Assembly: GCA_046563655.1 (NCBI GenBank)
Contig: CM102283.1
Location: forward strand, 8,680,001-8,744,000
DNA from: Yuukianura sp. NJ FZ-2021
Taxonomy: Eukaryota
Direction of reading: 5' to 3'
DNA length: 64,000 nt
The translations under genes and the position numbers were made by a program. Under the pieces are notes generated by a model, which was not told the DNA's origin, searched no databases, and worked only from the letters and a program-made list of their open reading frames with translations. This document shows, piece after piece, positions 38,222 through 51,938 of the stretch. Within the stretch, counting starts at the first letter, position 1. Each line of letters opens with the position of its first letter.

Positions 38222-38664
38222 TGGACAAACGTTTTTGGAGCAAATCAAGATGGAGGTCAACCGTGAGCTAGCGTATGTCAAATACCTGTGTAAACAACCA
38301 ACATGTATTGATAACAAAACGTTGAGAAATCTGAGTCCAAACGAAATGAATTTTAGCTAAGTTAATTATAAATCTCGACTTACCGGAACTGGTACCGAGA
38401 TTCCTTGAATCTTATGCCGTAAAGAACTTCCCGGAATTGATGAAACAGAAATCCACAATTCAATTAACAGATGACGGATGTAAAGTGCTAAACAAAAATT
38501 TTTTTAGTGAAGAGCGACAACAACGAAAGCCCGTCCTCTGCACTTGGTGACGACACACTGTCTGGCAATGGGATTTTTAATAAAAAAAAATAATTCCAGA
38601 GATGGGCTGCTACTAAAATCTTTTAATCGATTTAACTAAATTCGACTTTAATTAACTGCAAATT

Positions 38665-40062
38665 TTAGATGAGGAAATGCTTAATTTGGATTTCCTCTCC
38701 CACATCGGCGTAGTCGCCTTCAAATCGTCCTTTACGGAAATGGCCAAAGTTGATTGGACGGTATTTGCATGGATTGGCGTCCGAAATACAGGGATCCAGT
38801 GGCGTCACGTCGCAACTGTAGGCCGGTGTGTAGAAAAATGGAGCGCTGTATCGTTCATGTTCATGATTAACCAGTACACGATGTACTGGAGCCTTGTACA
38901 AACTGTAAAAAAAAAACACTCAAAGATGAGCACAGATAAATATTTTGGAGGTTTAGATAATCGGTTCACCCATTGGACCAGACTTGGACCATGTCTCCAA
39001 TGTTTACAACAAATGAATCTGCATACCAAAAAAATAAGGAAAAAAAATAAGTGAATGTCTAGAGAAAATATTGTGAAAATTAAAAAGTTGTCACCTTGTA
39101 GTGGATAAACGTCATAAAATACTCCATCTCTCTCCACTTGTAGCGAGGTCACCTCCATGTCCTGCTCAGTGTCCATGACAGAAAAAAAAAAGAATTAATT
39201 AAACTAAGAATTAATTAAAGTATGTATTAATTAATTAGACGTATAATTTAAATCACCTGCCACAAAATTGTAAGTGCCGATGGATCGGCGTGGGGCCCGA
39301 CTCCTAACTGTGCCTTAGGATTTGGACATGGTGGATAGTAGTTGACGCGCATAAAGCATGCGTCCTTGCATCCCTCAAACTCCTTCCGCAGCGATTTAGG
39401 ATCCGCTCCAAGCGATTCAAAAATGGCTGACATCAACTTCTCAGAAATTGAAAACATACGCTGCAAAAAAAAAATGAAATAACAATAATTTTAGTATTTC
39501 GCAAACAATTAATATCAATTTCTAATTGCTTGTACTAATTAGTTTTATTAATCTTACATCAAAGTACTGGAGCATAGTTTTTTTCATCTGAGGCATCGAT
39601 GTTGGCCATTGATTCTCTCCATCGACATCTAAGTGTCGATTTTCTTTTGAAATCAGTTCCGAACCAAAGTCGTACACTTCTTTCCAATCCAGCTTCTGCT
39701 TTGTAAATTCAGCGTCGGAGTATCCTCGAAAATTGTTCTAAAAAAACAAAACCAGTAATTTGAAAACTTTCTTGAAGGTCAATTGAAAACAACATCTGTA
39801 TTCTGTTTACCTGTGTTCGAGCGACTGTATTCTTGAATTCCTTTGGTTTACCGAAAAACTCTCTGCTAACTTTTTGAAAATTTTGAATTTCTTGGTCACC
39901 AATTTGGTGACCAACGACGTAGAAGAAACCCCATTCCTTACATGCTGTTCCAATCGCTTCAACGGTATTCTTCACATCAACTGCATCGCTGCCTTCGATT
40001 AACAACGGAGTGATGTTGATTGTCGGTATGTTCAAAGTCGACTTTTCAAATTTACTGGGCAT
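38665..40062 (-). CDS. 2-oxoglutarate/Fe(II)-dependent dioxygenase of the DIOX_N + 2OG-FeII_Oxy (IPNS/plant-type) superfamily, 6 exons
   Basis: IPTINI...ACKEWGFFYVVGH (DIOX_N), DWKEVYDFG, MRVNYYPPCP, HAD (HxD), VVNIGDMVQVWSNG, APVHRV (distal His) and RYSAPFF (RxS). Confidence 0.95.
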
Positions 40063-40448
40063 GATGTTAAATTTTAAATTTTCGAAAAACGAAAGTGTAA
40101 GTCAAGATGCGTCTGGTTCTCTATAACTGTAACAAAAGTCAATGATGAAATCCGAAAAACTTTAACGCATATCCTAACTCATGTTATTTCAAGACGTTAT
40201 CAAAAAGTTCAAGTTCATAAGAAATTATGAGGGCAAAGGTCAAGTGAAGCCCTTTGGCCCAGATAATTTCGTGAAATGACTGTTTTGACTCAAAGATTTC
40301 CATAAAAAAAACACTTTTTAGAAAAAACCATTGAAAACGAAAGTTAATTCTGGGAAATAATAGTAGCTTGTACTTATGATCTCGATTCGGAGTAGAAGTG
40401 TGTGTTAACTTATATGCTTAGTATATCACAGATTTATATAAGTAAAAA

Positions 40449-43400
40449 TTAGGCAATTAACAACGCAGACAGGTTCAAAATGTCCACTGAACCCACTTTC
40501 ACACGGTAGAAATGGAAACCCTGTGGCACACGATACCGATTTTGAGCCTGCAACAAAAAATGTTAAGTAAATTAAGTAATTCAGCAATTAATTGAGTAGT
40601 TAATTAACTTACACGTCGCGCGACACAGTACTCCTTCTCCTGGACGATACCCAAAAATCCTTCCACAGCTTTGTCTAAAAAACCAAAACTTAATAAATAA
40701 CGAAAGCTACTTTATAATTGGATATCTGTCTGTCTGTCCGTCTGTCTGTTGTTTTGTTGTCAAGTGCTAATTGAGCATTAGTTACCTGAGCTATTGATTA
40801 ATTTAAGGCAATCTGTGTGTAAGAAATGGACACTCTTGGTATTCAAGTAGAGTATGTAGCAAGTCAGTTTCTCATTCCAGTAGATGAAAACAGTTTCTCC
40901 TGGTTTACAACCTTGGATCGAAATTCGATCCTTTTGTACCAATTTGGAAGCAGCGTTGACCTAATCCACAAACAAGTTACAAATTACAAAATCACTGAAA
41001 ACTTGAATTTAGTTTTAAAATCTTTGTGAACTTACGATTCTTTGCGAGGGCATGAGCAATTCACTCAAATCCCTAACGATATCCGAGCTAAGCATTGTTG
41101 TTGCATCTATTGCACTTGTGTCCAGTCCATAAACACTTTTAGTATTGCCAGCACTTTGTTCCTCGTCAGCTTCAATTACACTTCCTCTCTGGCCCCCTTC
41201 TGACATGTTTCTGTTTCTGGACGTTCCTGGAGAGCTTACTGACGGTGGTCCAGCTTCCAGCTTTCGTAAAATTTTGCGTACTGAATAAGGGCTGAGCCCG
41301 TCAGGAACAACTCGTTGGAGTGAGTCCACAACTCGGTTCAATTCGGCCAGCAGTTCATCAGTTTTCGGAAGTCGGTCATTGGGATCCATTGTACGCTGCA
41401 AAACAAGATTTTTAGAACAAACTTTTCAAAAATCTAGAAGTTACAATTTTAATTTTTAATTTTTACCTCAATTGAGTCCACTGGGCTCTTTTGTTCAATT
41501 GACGACATAAACTTGAATCGAGCTTTCATCCCTTCAACTTCTGCTTTTGATTTGTCCTTGACGATTTTCAGTGCCTCATCCTTCTCTTGGCTAAATTGTT
41601 GCCTCAACTCTTCAATTTGTTTTTCATGGTCAGATTTTAGTAGTCGCAGAACTTCTGCGTTACTTTCCACAACCGAGGTCAACTTGTTTTCAGTTTCAAC
41701 TTGAAGGCTTTCCATACTTTGTTCTAAGAGATGCACTCTCTGTTTAAGCGATTCCAATTCATTTGTCCTGGCATCAACCAAACTTCGCTGATTTTCAACC
41801 TCCCGCTCTTTCTCTTCGACTTGGCCATGGAGTTTCTGGATTTCAGCATCTTTTTCTGTCAGTACTTTTGCTAGTTCTTCTTCTTTAGCAGTTAGTTCTG
41901 ATTGGGTTTTCTCAACTTCCAGTTTCAGTTGGACATTTTCCATTTCCAAGTTGCTTCTGGTGCTTTCATCACTTCGTGTGGACGTTGGAAGGTCAAGGGT
42001 GAAGTCTTCATCGCATTGTACCCAAGGGAATCTGGCTTTTAATTTCTCGACATCTTCCATGAGAACCTAATGAATCAAAAATCAAAGTGGTATTGCAGTA
42101 CACATCACAATTCACAAAAAAACATAACTAATTAACGATTAACGTACTTCTGGTAAATGTGAATCAAATGGTTCAGGCGGTAGATTAGCAAAAGGTTTTG
42201 GAAAGTCGTCTAATCCTTGGAATAAACCGCGAAGAAAGTGGCGTTCAAATTTTTGTCCAAATTCACGACGTCGCTGAAGCTCCGTTTTGTAAATCTGGTC
42301 CATCCTAGTCGCTAATTCATTCGCCCACTAAAAATCAATCAAAATCAAAATTTTAGTACACTATTAGATGAGTTTTATGAAAAATGTTTGTGTATTTGAT
42401 TTTACCTCGAGAAATGTTGATGTAAACTGCTTGCGGCGTACGACTTCTACAACAGCTTGACAATAGATTTGCGGTGCATTGTGAATTTGAGACATGATTT
42501 CAATTTGAAACTTAATCCGCTTGAGTCTTTCGATGTACATTGTCAATTTGTTACTCGCGTCCACCAGCGACTTCTGAACGTACATTACCCATTTGAGTCT
42601 AGCGTTGAGGTTGACGCTCAGTTCCTCCTTTGCTTTTTGACATCGACGACGAATGTCATCCAGTTGAGAATGATTTTTTAGCATAACGAGAAGTTGGTGT
42701 TGGTGGGATTGACAGAGATCGGGAAGAATCGAGGAGTCCTTCAAATCACTGGCACGGTTCTGATTCTGAATGAATGCTTGTAGAAGCTCATATTGATCCT
42801 GGACTAGTTTCCGAGCTTCGATCAGCAATTGGTCGAGACCAAACAGACGTTCCTCCAGGCCCTTGATTTCCTTCATGGAAGCCTGACTTCCTTTGTCCAC
42901 GACAGCAGTGGCTTCCCATTCCAGCGTTTCGATCACTTTTGGTTCCAGGCTTTCCAGGGCCTTTCGACAAGTAAGGGCGAATTGTCGTAGAGGATTTGTG
43001 GTGTCTTTGGATTCTATCCAACCAAAAAGCGTTTGTGTCTGGCCTTCGATGAGACTAGGAACAACGTCTACCCCCTCAAGAACTTTCAAATCGTCTTCAA
43101 ATCTAAAATTTCAAAAAAAAAGTTTCAGTTTTCAAAACTGAATAAAATTGGATATTTTAGCAGTACTCACCCGTCAAGCAGTTTCAGTTGGTCGTCCTTC
43201 TCAGCATTGTGAACGTTGTACGTAACTTGGAACAGATCAATCCTTTTCTTGAACGAGATGATAATGTCTTCCAAGTTTCCAACCACGGCAGCCCAACCTT
43301 GATGTTGAAGATGTTGGTCATGAGTCAGTTGCTCACATTTGCGTGACATCTCCTTGGCCACGTCATGTAACTGCTGAGCAAGTTGGCAGCGACTGACCAC

Positions 43401-43922
43401 AGTCATGTAAGTCGGAGGCAGTGCAAGGCAGCCTTCTACTTGATCCTTGATACTGTCTAGGTCTGAATGAAAACTTAAAAAAGTTAGAACCAGTTTCATT
43501 TAAGTTTCAACTGTAACTTACCCGTGAGGTTATCGTTGCTTCCATAATGCATATGAATCTGATTGGTGTTTACTTGGCCGGAAGTATTCGGTGAAGACGA
43601 CTCAATATGTTGCTTGTTGAACAGAAAAATTGGATTTGTGTCTGTTCCAGCATGGTAGTAGCATACCCTCTCTGTTGAATTCAAGCACTCTCCGCCACTA
43701 ACTAAAAGCACTTGACGATCAACAGGGATTCGATACTGAACCCAAATTGCTTCCTTGAGGTTACCGACGCTATAACATAGCAACAACCACAATTAATTCA
43801 TTCAGCACTAGATTAATTAATTATTTGAACCTGTCAGTATCGGTAAGTCATTACCTTTCCAGTGCCAAGTTCATGTCAAACGTCATCATCGTACCCGAAT
43901 CCACTTGAAAGACGTACAACAT
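40449..43922 (-). CDS. RB1CC1: RB1-inducible coiled-coil protein 1 / FIP200 / Atg17 (autophagy scaffold), ~10 exons
   Basis: MLYVFQVDSGTMMTFDMNLALE, QVLLVSGGECL, AGTDTNPIFLF, HDQHLQHQGWAAV, MKEIKGLEERL, SILPDLCQSH, AVVEVVRR, then a coiled coil and the C-terminal NRYRVPQGFHFYRV (Atg11/claw). Confidence 0.95.
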
Positions 43923-44689
43923 TTTGGAGGCCTTCAGGACTCCCCCCGACTATTACAAATGGCAACCTCAACCACCATATGCACAGCACCTACAAAATTA
44001 ATCAACATTCAATTAATTCATTCGACTAATTACGCTGAACGTTTCGAATTCGAGGCACAGCGTCAGATCGCTACGTTTGTCTCCAGGTAATTCTAAGCCT
44101 AAAACTGAAAAAATGTGTCAAACTTGGTTTAGATATGACCTGTTAAGTGCAGAACTCGTCAGTATGAGGTCCCGAAATCAGCGTAGCTCAATGCTCAATC
44201 CTAATTGATGATTTAATTGCGTAAAACGTATTTACGTCGAATAATAATAGGATGAGAAGGACTCTTTGTCCTTTGTATTTTTTTGTTTATGAAATAACAA
44301 AGGTGAGCATAGGAGACTTTCCTTGTTCGTAAACAGCTGATGTGAATTCAAAGATTTTTTGCGTTGAAAATACTGGCGGTTGCACAAACGGTTCCTCCGA
44401 TGACTCACGTAACATCTCTGTAAACTTTGATTTACGATTTCCATAAATCAGCGATTTTGTGACGATTACTGATTGTCCTTTTTTGTCATTTCAGGCCTTT
44501 AACAGCAATCAGCTGAGACTGGAGTTTCAGATATTCGAGAAAGGTTGCTGATCTTACTTGAGTAAGTAGACACTTCAATTTGATTTATATGTCATTACAT
44601 TACATTAGATTGCCGGATGGCGGACACTGATTGCTTTTGTTTTTGACAGGAAAGTTTGCGGTTACGATTCTGGAAGGGCTGTCAACACA

Positions 44690-47600
44690 ATGGACACGTC
44701 AGATGACTTCGATACTCCGCTTGGACTGGGATGTGCTCTGGAAATGTTCTCAGAGAAAACCGAAGTTTTTGAACTCCTACATGCCATGCCAAACGTTTTC
44801 CAGAACAATACGAACAATGAGAAGAACTACGAAACGTTTCTGATGATCCTGGATCGTTACCAAGAGCAGCCACATCTCCTGGATCCCCAAATGGAAGACA
44901 TGATCAACACTTGTCTTGATATTTTCCGCTCTTCAACATCTCCAGCGTTACTGCCGTTGAAGCACCTTAGCCTCAAGTACCTCAAGCACCTTTTCAAGGT
45001 ACGTGGAAGGAAGGAAGTCGTGAAGCGGTTGCCACATGAAATCTCAGAGCTGGTTCCGGTACTTACGTTTCTGGAATCTTTGAATTTGGAAGATGCATCA
45101 ATCTGGGAAAGCGGTTACGTTCTTGTCCTTTGGTTGTCAATATTAGTCATGAATCCATTTAGCCTTAAACTTCTGGACGCGTCAAGTGATGGACTGTCTG
45201 TAAATGAAAGGTTGGTAAACATTCTCCATCTAAAGACACATTCAAAATGAATGATTCAATTCACGATTTGAGTTTACAGTAATCTTTGTGTTTTGATAGA
45301 CTAATGGCCCTTTGCTACAAAGCGAGTACCGTAAAGAATTCGATTGCTGAAGCTTCAACAGAACTGCTTACGAACTTCCTTACTCGTCCGGATATGCAAG
45401 TAATTTATATGGGACAGTTCGTGACATGGGCCAGAGCCAGACTAGGTCCAAGTACTACCGATGCTGGCGTCCGAGTTGGTGCCTTTCGTTCGCTCTGTGG
45501 ACTTTTCAAGCATGCAAAGAGAGAAGAAATACTGACCTATGGCACTGATGTGCTCAACGATCTTGCGAGTTCATCATTCGATCGAGCCGATACTGTCATT
45601 CGGAAGTGGGGAACGAAGTTGTTGCAACGGATAGGACAAATATTTCTCAAAAGTCGAGTGAGTCTTAAATTATTAATCAAATTCTTAGATTAATGATTCA
45701 CTAATACTGTCACTGTTTTATGTTTTCAGCTTGCAGCATGGCGGTATCAACGCGGCAATCGATCACTGTTGCAAAATCTTCAAGGATGTGCTGGAGACAC
45801 AAGTCATAAAGGAGGAGGAGCCGAAAATGAGATGATTTCCAGAGAAGATCCGAATGCTTACGAAGAACTTCGTGAATACTCGACAGAAATTGAGAAAATC
45901 TTGGATCTGCTTTTGAATTTATTGAAAGACAAGGACACCGTAGTTCGATGGTCAGCGGCCAAGGGAATTGGGAGAGTCACAAACCGACTTCCGAAGGATT
46001 ATGGTGACGAAGTGGTGGAATCTGTACTTGGAAGTTTTAGTGAACGAGAGGAATCTGGAACGTGGCATGGAGGTTGCTTGGCTTTAGCAGAGTTAGCTCG
46101 TCGCGGTCTGCTACTTCCCGCTAGACTTCCTGCAACGATTACTGTTATCCAGCGAGCACTTATCTACGATGAGGTAAGTTTATCAATTATGATTAATGAA
46201 TATTTAGTTTCTAAAGCATTGCAATTGGAAGTATTTTGTGACTTTTGTTTCAGATCAAAGGAAATTTTGCCGTTGGAAGTCATGTGAGAGACGCTGCTTG
46301 TTACGTTTTTTGGGCTTTTGCTCGTGCTTTTGAACCCACTGTGATAGCACCTTATGTCACACAATTAGCGCCTTCACTTGTTGTGACAATGCTGTTCGAT
46401 CGGGAGGTAAGTCACACTAAATACTAACAATGGAAAGCATTAACAGAAACGTTTTTTCAAAATCTTAGATAAACTGTCGCCGAGCTGCTTCTGCCGCATT
46501 CCAAGAAAATGTTGGCCGTCAAGGAAACTTTCCGCATGGAATCGACATTGTTGCTCTGACTGATTTTTATACAATCGGAGTCAAGACGAATTCCTTCACC
46601 AACGTTGCTGTTCGAGTAGCAGAGTTTTCTGAATACATTCGTCCTATGATCGATCACCTGATTGCTCTCAAGTTCAATCACGTTGATCCACAAATTCGAG
46701 AACTGACTGCACAAAGTCTAGGAAAACTTGCGATATTGGATTCAGAGTACGTCCAGAAAATGTTAGCTGAAAAACTGATTCCAGTTGCAACTGCCATTCA
46801 CACTCCAACTTCTCATGGTGCTATTCTCTCCATTTGCCAAATCATGACAGCTTTATCCAAGGTAGGAAAACTGCAATTGGCAGCATCCGATACTTCGGCT
46901 TTGAGGAATTTGGTTGTGAAGCTACTGAACAAGCAGTTCAAGGAACTACCTTCTGGGCATATTCTGCTACGGGAGGCTGTTTCGTTGTTTATCAAAACTT
47001 GTGCTGAAACGAGGTAAGCTGTAACTAATACTGGCCAGTATTTTTAGTTAGAAGTAATTGAATTGGTTGATTAATTGAATAACTAGGTTTCCGGTGCACG
47101 AAGACAAGGAAATACTGACTGTTTGGCACGCAGTACTGGAAGATCATATTTCGTCAGTGTCGGGTGCATTGAGACAGAAGACGGCCGAAGCTTTTCCAGC
47201 GTTTCTCCAAGAATATTACTACAGCGATCCGTTTAAGCGCGGAGAAATCAAGCGAATGATTGACATTTTCACACAGAATCTCACTTCTCCAGTAATCCAC
47301 ACCCGACTGGGTTACATTCTCTTGTTCGGTAATAAGCAAAGTACTAAATTTTGAAATTCCCGCCAAAAAATTATTTGAATTTTTTTTTTCTGTAGCGCAT
47401 ATTCCAACTCACATTCTACGGGACTCGTTCCATGCAACTATTACTAAACTCTGTAAATGTACTGGAGTCATGTCAACGTTGGATAAAGACTGGGCAGATA
47501 CAAGAAAAGAAGCAGTGGCTGCTCTGGGCTCAATTTTCTCCAATGGAATACTGCCTGGTCCAGAAAACGAAGTTGATTGGCGCGACGGTGTACCGCTGAA

Positions 47601-48731
47601 TGCTGTTGACACGGATCTCGTTTTCACTGCTCTCAAAACTGCCATGTCAGATTACACAACGGACAAAAGAGGCGACATTGGATCATGGGTTCGGGAAGCA
47701 GCCATGGACACTATCAAAATACTGCTTGTTGGTCTCCAATCAGCTGGAGTCGAAGCGAAGAAAGTACTGACAGAAGAAGTTGTCACGACCTTTGTCAGTC
47801 TCATTCTGAAACAATGTGTTGAAAAGATAGACAACGTTCGAGTACATGCTGCTAAAGTGTTCACGGAAATTGTTCATTCTAATCCACCAATCGGCGACAT
47901 TCCACATCGCGATCAAATTCTGGAACTTTTTTCAGAAGAATTTTGTTCTACCGTGAATTGGCGAGCTCCGACCGAATGCTTCCCGAAGTTTCTCCAGCTT
48001 TTGAAACTTCCTGAATTCACTCATGGAATTCTGTCTGGCCTTGTCCTGGGTGGCAGTCGGATTCAAGGCGGCGGAACTGTTGCACTGATGGACTATGTTA
48101 ACGGATTTCCAGAAGATGAGAAACAGGCAGAGGTCACAAGGATTTCTTGGATGCTATTGCAAATTTTCCGGGAAAATTCAAAAGTTGAGAGAGTGACGAT
48201 ACCACTGATGGAGTTTTTGACTCAACTCTTGCAAGCTGGGTTCTTCGTGCCTCTGATTTCGGAAGAACCGGCAGAATTCGGAGCAGAGTTGGTCAAGTGT
48301 GTGAAAACGGAAACTTTGAATTCCAATAGAATGGAAAAAGTGCTTGGGGGTATCGAGCTACTGACGGAGTTGCTGCAGGGGTCACCAAGTCTTGTAAAAT
48401 TGTAAGTTAATCTTGAAAATTTTGAATTTTGGTATCAAATTGTCTAATTAATTGTTAATTGACTAATTTCAGAGCCCTTGGTCGATTGGTCATCTACTTG
48501 TGTCACTCTTACCCTAGAGTGAGGACTCAAACTGCGACGAAACTCTACGAAGCCCTGATTACTTACGATACGCTGGAAAGCGTAATCAGCGACATGCCTG
48601 CAGCGATGGCTCTTCTTAGTGAAACGCTGTGGACTGGAACGCTGGAAGAATTGAAGCCCATTCGGAATGTCCTTTGTACCTACTTCAACGTCCCATGCCC
48701 AGTGCCTATTTCAAAAAAGTTACCCGCCTAA
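44690..48731 (+). CDS. TBCD: Tubulin-specific chaperone D, ~9 exons
   Basis: [88 protein letters not shown] and DYTTDKRGDIGSWVREAAM. Confidence 0.97.
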
Positions 48732-48962
48732 AGTTACTAATTTCAAAAATAGCACTATTCTAATTAACTAACTGAGGAATTAGTTAAAATTAACAATTAT
48801 TGTTGCAATTAGGTAAGCTTTAGTATAACTTAACATATTTCTACTTTCTGTTTCTAGCTGGTCTAAGGTCTAATTAACACGTTGGTTACGCAATGTCCAA
48901 ATTTTTCGATTCAGGCAGAAATAAGAGTTTTAATATTTTGCTTTTTAGAATTTTAAAATTTT

Positions 48963-49997
48963 TCAAAAAGCGTTTGAAATCATGGCATTTTTGTTAACCG
49001 GCATCCAGAAAATTTTTTTCCTCGTTTTCGTGACCACAGGTTTTATGGGCCTGAAATTCCTATTGATTGACTTCCCGTTGCTGTCCTGGATTTGCCTAAA
49101 AGCGCTGACTTGCTTTTGGGACACGGGCATGCGCTGGGTAAAGACGCTGAAAAACATAAAATTTTGAACAAAAAATTCATAATTTTGAAATTTTTTGGTT
49201 TACCTCCACAGAATCTGCTCACTGCACGGTGGCTGTACGGGAAAAACAATATATTTTGGTAAACAAAAAGTTTTTTGTGGAAAGTTTTTGTTTAATTTTT
49301 TAAAATTTTCATTTTTTTTTTAGATTGTGCAACTCACTGTTGTGAGAGACCCTGCATAGCGGAACACGTCGAACACTTTGGGCAGAAATTTTCCAAGATT
49401 GAGTTGCGTCGTGACCGGAATCGGCTGAGTCGTGACACTCTGAACTTGCGGAAGCATTGAAACTATTGGCTTCAGTACTTTTGAATCTACCGACGACATG
49501 CCATACAGTATCCCGAGTACACCCATTCCACCATTTCCATTGTCCTGTTCATGCACAATATGCATTTCCAGTGGAAATCGCTTTGATTTCACCAAATGCT
49601 CAGAGCCCCAGTGAAAATGGAGTTGCAAGAAGTTGTACGTGCCCTTCCAGCCATTCCCTTCAACTTGCAACTTGGGTGCTGTTTGGCCACTGGGGGGCGG
49701 AGCAAGTGACAACATGACAGTATGCCCGTTGTTCTCAATTTGGAAAGTTTGATTTTGGTAGTAACTTTTGGAAAATGTCAATTTTTTGCCTGGTTTCACT
49801 TTGACTGTACTATTTGGTAGGATGTTGACAGGAGACTGCGCAGTACCGAACTTACACTTGCCTTTCCAGTACTTTGGACCGCAGTTCCCTTCGTAGCACC
49901 AATCGTCACCAAGGATATTGGGTGGAAATGTGCTTGCCAGTATTATAAAAGTAGAAATAATTAGTTTTGAACACACTTTTGGTACAGTGAAGCTCAT
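48963..49997 (-). CDS. Secreted alpha-carbonic anhydrase, 3 exons (49997-49338, 49232-49204, 49146-48963)
   Basis: Signal peptide, WCY..CGP..W..C..G..QSPVNI, NNGHT, zinc ligands QLHFHWG and EMHIVH, YAGSLTT-PPCSE, NFRP. Confidence 0.95.
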
Positions 49998-51938
49998 TTT
50001 AACGTGAGGAATGTCGATTTCGGCAACAAAATCAGTCTAAAATCAAATTTGAAACATTGTCATTGGAAAAAATGAGTTTGTTTGGTTAAATTTGAGTTTT
50101 TGAAGTTCCGTTGTTCTGAATTGCTTTGCTTGTCCACTTCCGCTTCAGTTAGTTTTTTCCCAATTACTTTTTGATTTTTTTTTTTTTTTTACAAATTTTG
50201 AAAACCAATTATTTTTTGAAGTTCCTGGAACATGCAAGCATGAAAACACGAGCCGACGTCATCAAGTACTAAACTGGCTGGTGGAACCAGTGAAATCATG
50301 ACAGTGTGAAATCTGTTCAATTTCAAAATTTTGAAGTTTGGTATTACTTTTTGGAAAACGTAAAATTTCTTCGTGCTTTGTGTCACTTTGATAATGTTCT
50401 TTGGCAAAATGTTAACGGGAGACTGAATTGTTCCAAATTTACAATTTCCTTTCCAATTTCATGGTCCGAAGTTCCCCTCATAACACAACACTCTTCTCCA
50501 AAGGTCAGCAAGGGCATCAGAGCAAGAAAAAGTAAGTTTCCAAATTTTTGAATAAAGAAAGTAACATTTTTGTACTATTTCAAATTTCAAAATCACGTCT
50601 GCAAGCTTTCGTCCTCTGTATTCAAGAAAATACAGAGAGTTCCAAAACAGAATTAAAAAAAAAGACGAAACTTGTTAGTAACTTCCGCATTGCTATCTAA
50701 CCAATTAATCTTTCGAAAAATCTTAATTCGTTCGTGTTTAAATTCTCTTTTTTTTGAAAATCTAGACAAAATTGTTACTGACTACACCAAACTAAATTTC
50801 TTTATCACAAAAGCTTTTGCAGCAGGCATTGACGCCGCGGAGGAAATTTTAAAAAAAAGTGTTTTTTTTTTTCTAAAAGTACCGATAGCTGAAATATCAT
50901 CTTTAGCCAAAAAAAAATTGTGAAAACTTGCAGAATTATTGCAAATCGACAAATTCCATCAGTGTTTTGTACTTACTTCTCACGTTTCATGTGCTTTCTC
51001 TTTTGTTTGTTTTACTTTTTAGCATTCTAGGAGGCGTGTGAAATTGACTAGAGTACCAAGGTTTCAAAATTTCAGAAAACAATCACAAACGGTTGTCACG
51101 AAACACGTAATTTCGAAACTTAGATTTTAACAATGGAACGCCGTTTCATGGTCAAATGGGGGAGGAAACTCCAGCACTTTTAAATCTATTGGAATAAGCT
51201 GCATTCCATTCATTCCATTTTTGCTTTCATTTTCATTTTTTTTTTCGTTTTCTGAGAAAACTCAAATTTTCATATACTTTCTCCACTTATAGTCTATGTG
51301 TTTAGAGTTAGTTCCACAAAAAATGACAGGGTTGGTTACATGCAAAGAAGTGATTTGGGTCCGTCCTTAACGCTCTACTTTCTTGCTTTTCAAAATTTTG
51401 TGTTCATGCGACGACGCCTTTCAAAAAAACAGCGAAGCACTAAACCGTTGTGGTGGAAAATTTATAAAATTTTATGAAAAATTGTTGTTTTGCAGGAGGC
51501 TATAAAATTCTTGTTCAAACTTCAAAAACGTCAATAGAAGGAGAGTGAAAGTCGGAATTTTGGGTCTGAATCACTTCCGGTGGGACGACAGGAACAAAAT
51601 GCTGAGACTTTTGAAATCAGATTATTCGGAAATGTTGAAATGTACTACGGTGTGCTCAGTTCATGCGATTCAACATTTTCGTGTTCAACTATAATAGGTT
51701 TTCTATTCTGGTGCTGTACTTAAGTGGAAACAATGAAATAAATGTCTTGGCACAAAATCAACAAAGGTTACCGTTTTCTAAAACCTTTGCGTTTTAGAGC
51801 ATAATACTAAGGAAAATGAAAAAGAGAAAGTCAGTCTCCCGGTGAAAGTCAAACGAATAAGTCAACCTGTCAAAATTCCTTTGAAACACTTGAAAAAGGC
51901 GGGAATTTGCGGTTTAATATTTCCCACCACAACTCAAA

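Noticed and set aside
38665-40062. Calling the oxygenase isopenicillin N synthase
   Set aside because: Only superfamily motifs are evident and no ACV synthetase or other beta-lactam gene is in the window.
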